From assembly GCA_964057225.1 (NCBI GenBank), contig OZ059894.1, positions 24,056,001-24,120,000 on the forward strand: a DNA stretch of 64,000 nucleotides. Reading direction: 5' to 3'. Under the pieces are notes generated by a model. It made no database searches. It was not told the origin of the DNA and saw nothing but the letters and a program-made list of their open reading frames with translations. Positions 1-13,728 of this stretch are shown here, one piece after another. Numbering within the stretch: the stretch's first letter is position 1; every line of letters starts with the position of its first letter. The DNA is from Auanema rhodensis. Lineage: Eukaryota; Animalia; Nematoda. The position numbers and the translations under genes were made by a program.

Positions 1-3000
1 TTTAATTTATGCTAATTAAATGTACACGTGATGTGCACTTGGTATGTAACTCGCTTCACGTGAAAGATAAAGAGATGCGGTTTTCAAAATTAGATTCCCC
101 ATGTCCATATTAGTCTAAAAACAAATTTTTATTGATATTGGTGCATGGTAACCATGACTTTGAAATTTACGTGAACTTTAATTTATGCTAATTAAATGTA
201 CACGTGATGTGCACTTGGTATGTAACTCGCTTCACGTGAAAGATAAAGAGATGCGGTTTTCAAAATTAGATTCCCCATGTCCATATTAGTCTAAAAACAA
301 ATTTTTATTGATATTGGTGCATGGTAACCATGACTTTGAAATTTACGTGAACTTTAATTTATGCTAATTAAATGTACACGTGATGTGCCCTTGGTATGTA
401 ACTCGCTTCACGTGAAAGATAAAGAGATGCGGTTTTCAAAATTAGATTCCCCATGTCCATATTAGTCTAAAAACAAATTTTTATTGATATTGGTGCATGG
501 TAACCATGACTTTGAAATTTACGTGAACTTTAATTTATGCTAATTAAATGTACACGTGATGTGCACTTGGTATGTAACTCGCTTCACGTGAAAGATAAAG
601 AGATGCGGTTTTCAAAATTAGATTCCCCATGTCCATATTAGTCTAAAAACAAATTTTTATTGATATTGGTGCATGGTAACCATGACTTTGAAATTTACGT
701 GAACTTTAATTTATGCTAATTAAATGTACACGTGATGTGCACTTGGTATGTAACTCGCTTCACGGGAAAGATAAAAAGATGCGGTTTTCAAAATTAAATT
801 TTCCATGTCCATATTAGTCTAAAAACAAATTTTTATTGATATTGGTGCATGGTAACCATGACTTTGAAATTTACGTGAACTTTAATTTATGCTAATTAAA
901 TGTACACGTGATGTGCACTTGGTATGTAACTCGCTTCACGTGAAAGATAAAGAGATGCGGTTTTCAAAATTAGATTCCCCATGTCCATATTAGTCTAAAA
1001 ACAAATTTGTATTGATATTGGTGCATGGTAACCATGACTTTGAAATTTACGTGAACTTTAATTTATGCTAATTAAATGTACACGTGATGTGCACTTGGTA
1101 TGTAACTCGCTTCACGTGAAAGATAAAGAGATGCGGTTTTCAAAATTAGATTCCCCATGTCCATATTAGTCTAAAAACAAATTTTTATTGATATTGGTGC
1201 ATGGTAACCATGACTTTGAAATTTACGTGAACTTTAATTTATGCTAATTAAATGTACACGTGATGTGCACTTGGTATGTAACTCGCTTCACGTGAAAGAT
1301 AAAGAGATGCGGTTTTCAAAATTAGATTCCCCATGTCCATATTAGTCTAAAAACAAATTTTTATTGATATTGGTGCATGGTAACCATGACTTTGAAATTT
1401 ACGTGAACTTTAATTTATGCTAATTAAATGTACACGTGATGTGCACTTGGTATGTAACTCGCTTCACGTGAAAGATAAAGAGATGCGGTTTTCAAAATTA
1501 GATTCCCCATGTCCATATTAGTCTAAAAACAAATTTTTATTGATATTGGTTCATGGTAACCATGACTTTGAAATTTACGTGAACTTTAATTTATGCTAAT
1601 TAAATGTACACGTGATGTGCACTTGGTATGTAACTCGCTTCACGTGAAAGATAAAAAGATGCGGTTTTCAAAATTAGATTCCCCATGTCCATATTAGTCT
1701 AAAAACAAATTTTTATTGATATTGGTTCATGGTAACCATGACTTTGAAATTTACGTGAACTTCAATTTATGCTAATTAAATGTACACGTGATGTGCACTT
1801 GGTATGTAACTCGCTTCACGTGAAAGATAAAAAGATGCGGTTTTCAAAATTAGATTCCCCATGTCCATATTAGTCTAAAAACAAATTTTTATTGATATTG
1901 GTTCATGGTAACCATGACTTTGAAATTTACGTGAACTTCAATTTATGCTAATTAAATGTACACGTGATGTGCACTTGGTATGTAACTCGCTTAACGTGAA
2001 AGATAAAGAGATGCGGTTTTCAAAATTAGATTCCCCATGTCCATATTAGTCTAAAAACAAATTTTTATTGATATTGGTTCATGGTAACCATGACTTTGAA
2101 ATTTACGTGAACTTTAATTTATGCTAATTAAATGTACACGTGATGTGCACTTGGTATGTAACTCGCTTCACGTGAAAGATAAAGAGATGCGGTTTTCAAA
2201 ATTAGATTCCCCATGTCCATATTAGTCTAAAAACAAATTTTTATTGATATTGGTGCATGGTAACCATGACTTTGAAATTTACGTGAACTTTAATTTATGC
2301 TAATTAAATGTACACGTGATGTGCATTTGGTATGTAACTCGCTTCACGTGAAAGATAAAGAGATGCGGTTTTCAAAATTAGATTCCCCATGTCCATATTA
2401 GTCTAAAAACAAATTTTTATTGATATTGGTTCATGGTAACCATGACTTTGAAATTTACGTGAACTTTAATTTATGCTAATTAAATGTACACGTGATGTGC
2501 ACTTGGTATGTAACTCGCTTCACGTGAAAGATAAAGAGATGCGGTTTTCAAAATTAGATTCCCCATGTCCATATTAGTCTAAAAACAAATTTTTATTGAT
2601 ATTGGTGCATGGTAACCATGACTTTGAAATTTACGTGAACTTTAATTTATGCTAATTAAATGTACACGTGATGTGCACTTGGTATGTAACTCGCTTCACG
2701 TGAAAGATAAAGAGATGCGGTTTTCAAAATTAGATTCCCCATGTCCATATTAGTCTAAAAACAAATTTTTATTGATATTGGTTCATGGTAACCATGACTT
2801 TGAAATTTACGTGAACTTTAATTTATGCTAATTAAATGTACACGTGATGTGCACTTGGTATGTAACTCGCTTCACGTGAAAGATAAAGAGATGCGGTTTT
2901 CAAAATTAGATTCCCCATGTCCATATTAGTCTAAAAACAAATTTTTATTGATATTGGTTCATGGTAACCATGACTTTGAAATTTACGTGAACTTTAATTT

Positions 3001-6000
3001 ATGCTAATTAAATGTACACGTGATGTGCACTTGGTATGTAACTCGCTTCACGTGAAAGATAAAGAGATGCGGTTTTCAAAATTAGATTCCCCATGTCCAT
3101 ATTAGTCTAAAAACAAATTTTTATTGATATTGGTTCATGGTAACCATGACTTTGAAATTTACGTGAACTTTAATTTATGCTAATTAAATGTACACGTGAT
3201 GTGCACTTGGTATGTAACTCGCTTCACGTGAAAGATAAAGAGATGCGGTTTTCAAAATTAGATTCCCCATGTCCATATTAGTCTAAAAACAAATTTTTAT
3301 TGATATTGGTTCATGGTAACCATGACTTTGAAATTTACGTGAACTTTAATTTATGCTAATTAAATGTACACGTGATGTGCACTTGGTATGTAACTCGCTT
3401 CACGTGAAAGATAAAGAGATGCGGTTTTCAAAATTAGATTCCCCATGTCCATATTAGTCTAAAAACAAATTTTTATTGATATTGGTGCATGGTAACCATG
3501 ACTTTGAAATTTACGTGAACTTTAATTTATGCTAATTAAATGTACACGTGATGTGCACTTGGTATGTAACTCGCTTCACGTGAAAGATAAAGAGATGCGG
3601 TTTTCAAAATTAGATTCCCCATGTCCATATTAGTCTAAAAACAAATTTTTATTGATATTGGTGCATGGTAACCATGACTTTGAAATTTACGTGAACTTTA
3701 ATTTATGCTAATTAAATGTACACGTGATGTGCCCTTGGTATGTAACTCGCTTCACGTGAAAGATAAAGAGATGCGGTTTTCAAAATTAGATTCCCCATGT
3801 CCATATTAGTCTAAAAACAAATTTTTATTGATATTGGTGCATGGTAACCATGACTTTGAAATTTACGTGAACTTTAATTTATGCTAATTAAATGTACACG
3901 TGATGTGCACTTGGTATGTAACTCGCTTCACGTGAAAGATAAAGAGATGCGGTTTTCGAAATTAGATTCCCCATGTCCATATTAGTCTAAAAACAAATTT
4001 TTATTGATATTGGTGCATGGTAACCATGACTTTGAAATTTACGTGAACTTTAATTTATGCTAATTAAATGTACACGTGATGTGCACTTGATATGTAACTC
4101 GCTTCACGTGAAAGATAAAGAGATGCGGTTTTCAAAATTAGATTCCCCATGTCCATATTAGTCTAAAAACAAATTTTTATTGATATTGGTTCATGGTAAC
4201 CATGACTTTGAAATTTACGTGAACTTTAATTTATGCTAATTAAATGTACACGTGATGTGCACTTGGTATGTAACTCGCTTCACGTGAAAGATAAAGAGAT
4301 GCGGTTTTCAAAATTAGATTCCCCATGTCCATATTAGTCTAAAAACAAATTTTTATTGATATTGGTGCATGGTAACCATGACTTTGAAATTTACGTGAAC
4401 TTTAATTTATGCTAATTAAATGTACACGTGATGTGCACTTGGTATGTAACTCGCTTCACGTGAAAGATAAAGAGATGCGGTTTTCAAAATTAGATTCCCC
4501 ATGTCCATATTAGTCTAAAAACAAATTTGTATTGATATTGGTGCATGGTAACCATGACTTTGAAATTTACGTGAACTTTAATTTATGCTAATTAAATGTA
4601 CACGTGATGTGCACTTGGTATGTAACTCGCTTCACGTGAAAGATAAAGAGATGCGGTTTTCAAAATTACATTTTCCATGTCCATATTAGTCTAAAAACAT
4701 ATTTTTATTGATATTGGTGCATGGTAACCATGACTTTGAAATTTACGTGAACTTTAATTTATGCTAATTAAATGTACACGTGATGTGCACTTGGTATGTA
4801 ACTCACTTCACGTGAAAGATAAAGAGATGCGGTTTTCAAAATTAGATTCCCCATGTCCATATTAGTCTAAAAACAAATTTTTATTTATATTGGTTCATGG
4901 TAACCATGACTTTGAAATTTACGTGAACTTTAATTTATGCTAATTAAATGTACACGTGATGTGCACTTGGTATGTAACTCGCTTCACGTGAAAGATAAAG
5001 AGATGCGGTTTTCAAAATTAGATTCCCCATGTCCATATTAGTCTAAAAACAAATTTTTATTGATATTGGTGAATGGTAACCATGACTTTGAAATTTACGT
5101 GAACTTTAATTTATGCTAATTAAATGTACACGTGATGTGCATTTGGTATGTAACTCGCTTCACGTGAAAGATAAAGAGATGCGGTTTTCAAAATTAGATT
5201 CCCCATGTCCATATTAGTCTAAAAACAAATTTTTATTGATATTGGTTCATGGTAACCATGACTTTGAAATTTACGTGAACTTTAATTTATGCTAATTAAA
5301 TGTACACGTGATGTGCACTTGGTATGTAACTCGCTTCACGTGAAAGATAAAGAGATGCGGTTTTCAAAATTAGATTCCCCATGTCCATATTAGTCTAAAA
5401 ACAAATTTTTATTGATATTGGTTCATGGTAACCATGACTTTGAAATTTACGTGAACTTTAATTTATGCTAATTAAATGTACACGTGATGTGCACTTGGTA
5501 TGTAACTCGCTTCACGTGAAAGATAAAGAGATGCGGTTTTCAAAATTAGATTCCCCATGTCCATATTAGTCTAAAAACAAATTTTTATTGATATTGGTGC
5601 ATGGTAACCATGACTTTGAAATTTACGTGAACTTTAATTTATGCTAATTAAATGTACACGTGATGTGCACTTGGTATGTAACTCGCTTCACGTGAAAGAT
5701 AAAGAGATGCGGTTTTCAAAATTAGATTCCCCATGTCCATATTAGTCTAAAAACAAATTTTTATTGATATTGGTGCATGGTAACCATGACTTTGAAATTT
5801 ACGTGAACTTTAATTTATGCTAATTAAATGTACACGTGATGTGCCCTTGGTATGTAACTCGCTTCACGTGAAAGATAAAGAGATGCGGTTTTCAAAATTA
5901 GATTCCCCATGTCCATATTAGTCTAAAAACAAATTTTTATTGATATTGGTGCATGGTAACCATGACTTTGAAATTTACGTGAACTTTAATTTATGCTAAT

Positions 6001-8060
6001 TAAATGTACACGTGATGTGCACTTGGTATGTAACTCGCTTCACGTGAAAGATAAAGAGATGCGGTTTTCAAAATTAGATTCCCCATGTCCATATTAGTCT
6101 AAAAACAAATTTTTATTGATATTGGTGCATGGTAACCATGACTTTGAAATTTACGTGAACTTTAATTTATGCTAATTAAATGTACACGTGATGTGCACTT
6201 GGTATGTAACTCGCTTCACGGGAAAGATAAAAAGATGCGGTTTTCAAAATTAAATTTTCCATGTCCATATTAGTCTAAAAACAAATTTTTATTGATATTG
6301 GTGCATGGTAACCATGACTTTGAAATTTACGTGAACTTTAATTTATGCTAATTAAATGTACACGTGATGTGCACTTGGTATGTAACTCGCTTCACGTGAA
6401 AGATAAAGAGATGCGGTTTTCAAAATTAGATTCCCCATGTCCATATTAGTCTAAAAACAAATTTGTATTGATATTGGTGCATGGTAACCATGACTTTGAA
6501 ATTTACGTGAACTTTAATTTATGCTAATTAAATGTACACGTGATGTGCACTTGGTATGTAACTCGCTTCACGTGAAAGATAAAGAGATGCGGTTTTCAAA
6601 ATTAGATTCCCCATGTCCATATTAGTCTAAAAACAAATTTTTATTGATATTGGTGCATGGTAACCATGACTTTGAAATTTACGTGAACTTTAATTTATGC
6701 TAATTAAATGTACACGTGATGTGCACTTGGTATGTAACTCGCTTCACGTGAAAGATAAAGAGATGCGGTTTTCAAAATTAGATTCCCCATGTCCATATTA
6801 GTCTAAAAACAAATTTTTATTGATATTGGTGCATGGTAACCATGACTTTGAAATTTACGTGAACTTTAATTTATGCTAATTAAATGTACACGTGATGTGC
6901 ACTTGGTATGTAACTCGCTTCACGTGAAAGATAAAGAGATGCGGTTTTCAAAATTAGATTCCCCATGTCCATATTAGTCTAAAAACAAATTTTTATTGAT
7001 ATTGGTTCATGGTAACCATGACTTTGAAATTTACGTGAACTTTAATTTATGCTAATTAAATGTACACGTGATGTGCACTTGGTATGTAACTCGCTTCACG
7101 TGAAAGATAAAAAGATGCGGTTTTCAAAATTAGATTCCCCATGTCCATATTAGTCTAAAAACAAATTTTTATTGATATTGGTTCATGGTAACCATGACTT
7201 TGAAATTTACGTGAACTTCAATTTATGCTAATTAAATGTACACGTGATGTGCACTTGGTATGTAACTCGCTTCACGTGAAAGATAAAAAGATGCGGTTTT
7301 CAAAATTAGATTCCCCATGTCCATATTAGTCTAAAAACAAATTTTTATTGATATTGGTTCATGGTAACCATGACTTTGAAATTTACGTGAACTTCAATTT
7401 ATGCTAATTAAATGTACACGTGATGTGCACTTGGTATGTAACTCGCTTAACGTGAAAGATAAAGAGATGCGGTTTTCAAAATTAGATTCCCCATGTCCAT
7501 ATTAGTCTAAAAACAAATTTTTATTGATATTGGTTCATGGTAACCATGACTTTGAAATTTACGTGAACTTTAATTTATGCTAATTAAATGTACACGTGAT
7601 GTGCACTTGGTATGTAACTCGCTTCACGTGAAAGATAAAGAGATGCGGTTTTCAAAATTAGATTCCCCATGTCCATATTAGTCTAAAAACAAATTTTTAT
7701 TGATATTGGTGCATGGTAACCATGACTTTGAAATTTACGTGAACTTTAATTTATGCTAATTAAATGTACACGTGATGTGCATTTGGTATGTAACTCGCTT
7801 CACGTGAAAGATAAAGAGATGCGGTTTTCAAAATTAGATTCCCCATGTCCATATTAGTCTAAAAACAAATTTTTATTGATATTGGTTCATGGTAACCATG
7901 ACTTTGAAATTTACGTGAACTTTAATTTATGCTAATTAAATGTACACGTGATGTGCACTTGGTATGTAACTCGCTTCACGTGAAAGATAAAGAGATGCGG
8001 TTTTCAAAATTAGATTCCCCATGTCCATATTAGTCTAAAAACAAATTTTTATTGATATTG
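1..8060 (+). repeat. Duplicated block at 31-monomer offset (about 1-2600 repeated at about 5457-8060)
   Basis: SNP pairs 5456 bp apart: 389/5845, 765/6221, 1009/6465, 1993/7449, 2326/7782. Boundaries are approximate. Confidence 0.88.
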
Positions 8061-8800
8061 GTTCATGGTAACCATGACTTTGAAATTTACGTGAACTTCA
8101 ATTTATGCTAATTAAATGTACACGTGATGTGCACTTGGTATGTAACTCGCTTCACGTGAAAGATAAAGAGATGCGGTTTTCAAAATTAGATTCCCCATGT
8201 CCATATTAGTCTAAAAACAAATTTTTATTGATATTGGTTCATGGTAACCATGACTTTGAAATTTACGTGAACTTTAATTTATGCTAATTAAATGTACACG
8301 TGATGTGCACTTGGTATGTAACTCGCTTCACGTGAAAGATAAAGAGATGCGGTTTTCAAAATTAGATTCCCCATGTCCATATTAGTCTAAAAACAAATTT
8401 TTATTGATATTGGTGCATGGTAACCATGACTTTGAAATTTACGTGAACTTTAATTTATGCTAATTAAATGTACACGTGATGTGCATTTGGTATGTAACTC
8501 GCTTCACGTGAAAGATAAAGAGATGCGGTTTTCAAAATTAGATTCCCCATGTCCATATTAGTCTAAAAACAAATTTTTATTGATATTGGTGCATGGTAAC
8601 CATGACTTTGAAATTTACGTGAACTTTAATTTATGCTAATTAAATGTACACGTGATGTGCACTTGGTATGTAACTCGCTTCACGTGAAAGATAAAGAGAT
8701 GCGGTTTTCAAAATTAGATTCCCCATGTCCATATTAGTCTAAAAACAAATTTTTATTGATATTGGTTCATGGTAACCATGACTTTGAAATTTACGTGAAC

Positions 8801-10480
8801 TTCAATTTATGCTAATTAAATGTACACGTGATGTGCACTTGGTATGTAACTCGCTTCACGTGAAAGATAAAGAGATGCGGTTTTCAAAATTAGATTCCCC
8901 ATGTCCATATTAGTCTAAAAACAAATTTTTATTGATATTGGTTCATGGTAACCATGACTTTGAAATTTACGTGAACTTCAATTTATGCTAATTAAATGTA
9001 CACGTGATGTGCACTTGGTATGTAACTCGCTTCACGTGAAAGATAAAGAGATGCGGTTTTCAAAATTAGATTCCCCATGTCCATATTAGTCTAAAAACAA
9101 ATTTTTATTGATATTGGTGCATGGTAACCATGACTTTGAAATTTACGTGAACTTTAATTTATGCTAATTAAATGTACACGTGATGTGCACTTGGTATGTA
9201 ACTCGCTTCACGTGAAAGATAAAGAGATGCGGTTTTCAAAATTAGATTCCCCATGTCCATATTAGTCTAAAAACAAATTTTTATTGATATTGGTTCATGG
9301 TAACCATGACTTTGAAATTTACGTGAACTTTAATTTATGCTAATTAAATGTACACGTGATGTGCACTTGGTATGTAACTCGCTTCACGTGAAAGATGAAG
9401 AGATGCGGTTTTCAAAATTAGATAACCCATGTCCATATTAGTCTAAAAACAAATTTTTATTGATATTGGTTCATGGTAACCATGACTTTGAAATTTACGT
9501 GAACTTCAATTTATGCTAATTAAATGTACACGTGATGTGCACTTGGTATGTAACTCGCTTCACGTGAAAGATAAAGAGATGCGGTTTTCAAAATTAGATT
9601 CCCCATGTCCATATTAGTCTAAAAACATATTTTTATTGATATTGGTGCATGGTAACCATGACTTTGAAATTTACGTGAACTTCAATTTATGCTAATTAAA
9701 TGTACACGTGATGTGCACTTGGTATGTAACTCGCTTCACGTGAAAGATAAAGAGATGCGGTTTTCAAAATTAGATTCCCCATGTCCATATTAGTCTAAAA
9801 ACAAATTTTTATTGATATTGGTTCATGGTAACCATGACTTTGAAATTTACGTGAACTTCAATTTATGCTAATTAAATGTACACGTGATGTGCACTTGGTA
9901 TGTAACTCGCTTCACGTGAAAGATAAAGAGATGCGGTTTTCAAAATTAGATTCCCCATGTCCATATTAGTCTAAAAACAAATTTTTATTGATATTGGTGC
10001 ATGGTAACCATGACTTTGAAATTTACGTGAACTTTAATTTATGCTAATTAAATGTACACGTGATGTGCACTTGGTATGTAACTCGCTTCACGTGAAAGAT
10101 AAAGAGATGCGGTTTTCAAAATTAGATTCCCCATGTCCATATTAGTCTAAAAACAAATTTTTATTGATATTGGTTCATGGTAACCATGACTTTGAAATTT
10201 ACGTGAACTTTAATTTATGCTAATTAAATGTACACGTGATGTGCACTTGGTATGTAACTCGCTTCACGTGAAAGATGAAGAGATGCGGTTTTCAAAATTA
10301 GATAACCCATGTCCATATTAGTCTAAAAACAAATTTTTTTTGATATTGGTTCATGGTAACCATGACTTTGAAATTTACGTGAACTTCAATTTATGCTAAT
10401 TAAATGTACACGTGATGTGCACTTGGTATGTAACTCGCTTCACGTGAAAGATAAAGAGATGCGGTTTTCAAAATTAGATT
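8801..10480 (+). repeat. 5-monomer (880 bp) duplication
   Basis: A monomer with GATGAAG plus GATAACCC occurs at 9397/9424 and 10277/10304; flanking T3C alleles match. Boundaries are approximate. Confidence 0.8.
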
Positions 10481-11440
10481 CCCCATGTCCATATTAGTCT
10501 ACAAACAAATTTTTATTGATATTGGTTCATGGTAACCATGACTTTGAAATTTACGTGAACTTCAATTTATGCTAATTAAATGTACACGTGATGTGCACTT
10601 GGTATGTAACTCGCTTCACGTGAAAGATAAAGAGATGCGGTTTTCAAAATTAGATTCCCCATGTCCATATTAGTCTAAAAACAAATTTTTATTAATATTG
10701 GTTCATGGTAACCATGACTTTGAAATTTACGTGAACTTCAATTTATGCTAATTAAATGTACACGTGATGTGCACTTGGTATGTAACTTGCTTCACGTGAA
10801 AGATAAAGAGATGCGGTTTTCAAAATTAGATTCCCCATGTCCATATTAGTCTAAAAACAAATTTTTATTGATATTGGTTCATGGTAACCATGACTTTGAA
10901 ATTTACGTGAACTTCAATTTATGCTAATTAAATGTACACGTGATGTGCACTTGGTATGTAACTCGCTTCACGTGAAAGATAAAGAGATGCGGTTTTCAAA
11001 ATTAGATTCCCCATGTCCATATTAGTCTAAAAACAAATTTTTATTGATATTGGTTCATGGTAACCATGACTTTGAAATTTACGTGAACTTCAATTTATGC
11101 TAATTAAATGTACACGTGATGTGCACTTGGTATGTAACTCGCTTCACGTGAAAGATAAAGAGATGCGGTTTTCAAAATTAGATTCCCCATGTCCATATTA
11201 GTCTAAAAACAAATTTTTATTGATATTGGTGCATGGTAACCATGACTTTGAAATTTACGTGAACTTTAATTTATGCTAATTAAATGTACACGTGATGTGC
11301 ACTTGGTATGTAACTCGCTTCACGTGAAAGATAAAGAGATGCGGTTTTCAAAATTAGATTCCCCATGTCCATATTAGTCTAAAAACAAATTTTTATTGAT
11401 ATTGGTTCATGGTAACCATGACTTTGAAATTTACGTGAAC

Positions 11441-13500
11441 TTCAATTTATGCTAATTAAATGTACACGTGATGTGCACTTGGTATGTAACTCGCTTCACG
11501 TGAAAGATAAAGAGATGCGGTTTCCAAAATTAGATTCCCCATGTCCATATTAGTCTAAAAACAAATTTTTATTGATATTGGTGCATGGTAACCATGACTT
11601 TGAAATTTACGTGAACTTTAATTTATGCTAATTAAATGTACACGTGATGTGCACTTGGTATGTAACTCGCTTCACGTGAACGATAAAGAGATGCGGTTTT
11701 CAAAATTAGATTCCCCATGTCCATATTAGTCTAAAAACAAATTTTTATTGATATTGGTTCATGGTAACCATGACTTTGAAATTTACGTGAACTTTAATTT
11801 ATGCTAATTAAATGTACACGTGATGTGCACTTGGTATGTAACTCGCTTCACGTGAAAGATAAAGAGATGCGGTTTTCAAAATTAGATTCCCCATGTCCAT
11901 ATTAGTCTAAAAACAAATTTTTATTGATATTGGTGCATGGTAACCATGACTTTGAAATTTACGTGAACTTTAATTTATGCTAATTAAATGTACACGTGAT
12001 GTGCACTTGGTATGTAACTCGCTTCACGTGAAAGATAAAGAGATGCGGTTTTCAAAATTAGATTCCCCATGTCCATATTAGTCTAAAAACAAATTTTTAT
12101 TGATATTGGTTCATGGTAACCATGACTTTGAAATTTACGTGAACTTTAATTTATGCTAATTAAATGTACACGTGATGTGCACTTGGTATGTAACTCGCTT
12201 CACGTGAAAGATAAAGAGATGCGGTTTTCAAAATTAGATTCCCCATGTCCATATTAGTCTAAAAACAAATTTTTATTGATATTGGTGCATGGTAACCATG
12301 ACTTTGAAATTTACGTGAACTTTAATTTATGCTAATTAAATGTACACGTGATGTGCCCTTGGTATGTAACTCGCTTCACGTGAAAGATAAAGAGATGCGG
12401 TTTTCAAAATTAGATTCCCCATGTCCATATTAGTCTAAAAACAAATTTTTATTGATATTGGTGCATGGTAACCATGACTTTGAAATTTACGTGAACTTTA
12501 ATTTATGCTAATTAAATGTACACGTGATGTGCACTTGGTATGTAACTCGCTTCACGTGAAAGATAAAGAGATGCGGTTTTCAAAATTAGATTCCCCATGT
12601 CCATATTAGTCTAAAAACAAATTTTTATTGATATTGGTTCATGGTAACCATGACTTTGAAATTTACGTGAACTTTAATTTATGCTAATTAAATGTACACG
12701 TGATGTGCACTTGGTATGTAACTCGCTTCACGTGAAAGATAAAGAGATGCGGTTTTCAAAATTAGATTCCCCATGTCCATATTAGTCTAAAAACAAGTTT
12801 TTATTGATATTGGTTCATGGTAACCATGACTTTGAAATTTACGTGAACTTCAATTTATGCTAATTAAATGTACACGTGATGTGCACTTGGTATGTAACTC
12901 GCTTCACGTGAAAGATAAAGAGATGCGGTTTCCAAAATTAGATTCCCCATGTCCATATTAGTCTAAAAACAAATTTTTATTGATATTGGTGCATGGTAAC
13001 CATGACTTTGAAATTTACGTGAACTTTAATTTATGCTAATTAAATGTACACGTGATGTGCACTTGGTATGTAACTCGCTTCACGTGAACGATAAAGAGAT
13101 GCGGTTTTCAAAATTAGATTCCCCATGTCCATATTAGTCTAAAAACAAATTTTTATTGATATTGGTTCATGGTAACCATGACTTTGAAATTTACGTGAAC
13201 TTTAATTTATGCTAATTAAATGTACACGTGATGTGCACTTGGTATGTAACTCGCTTCACGTGAAAGATAAAGAGATGCGGTTTTCAAAATTAGATTCCCC
13301 ATGTCCATATTAGTCTAAAAACAAATTTTTATTGATATTGGTGCATGGTAACCATGACTTTGAAATTTACGTGAACTTTAATTTATGCTAATTAAATGTA
13401 CACGTGATGTGCACTTGGTATGTAACTCGCTTCACGTGAAAGATAAAGAGATGCGGTTTTCAAAATTAGATTCCCCATGTCCATATTAGTCTAAAAACAA
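11441..13500 (+). repeat. 8-monomer (1408 bp) offset duplication
   Basis: T84C at 11524/12932 and A65C at 11681/13089. Boundaries are approximate. Confidence 0.75.
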
Positions 13501-13728
13501 ATTTTTATTGATATTGGTGCATGGTAACCATGACTTTGAAATTTACGTGAACTTTAATTTATGCTAATTAAATGTACACGTGATGTGCCCTTGGTATGTA
13601 ACTCGCTTCACGTGAAAGATAAAGAGATGCGGTTTTCAAAATTAGATTCCCCATGTCCATATTAGTCTAAAAACAAATTTTTATTGATATTGGTGCATGG
13701 TAACCATGACTTTGAAATTTACGTGAAC

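Noticed and set aside
40-90. CENP-B box
   Set aside because: No TTCG-N4-A-N2-CGGG match on either strand of the consensus.
1-176. Assignment to a known satellite of similar size (Brassica CentBr 176 bp, Arabidopsis CEN178, primate alpha satellite, honeybee AluI)
   Set aside because: Only the length is similar. The consensus lacks AAGCTT and AGCT sites and I recognise no sequence similarity. A BLAST, Dfam or Repbase search is needed to name the family.
1-176. 5S rRNA, tRNA or snRNA tandem gene array
   Set aside because: The monomer is 32% GC with no recognisable Pol III A/B/C boxes, cloverleaf or conserved RNA motifs.
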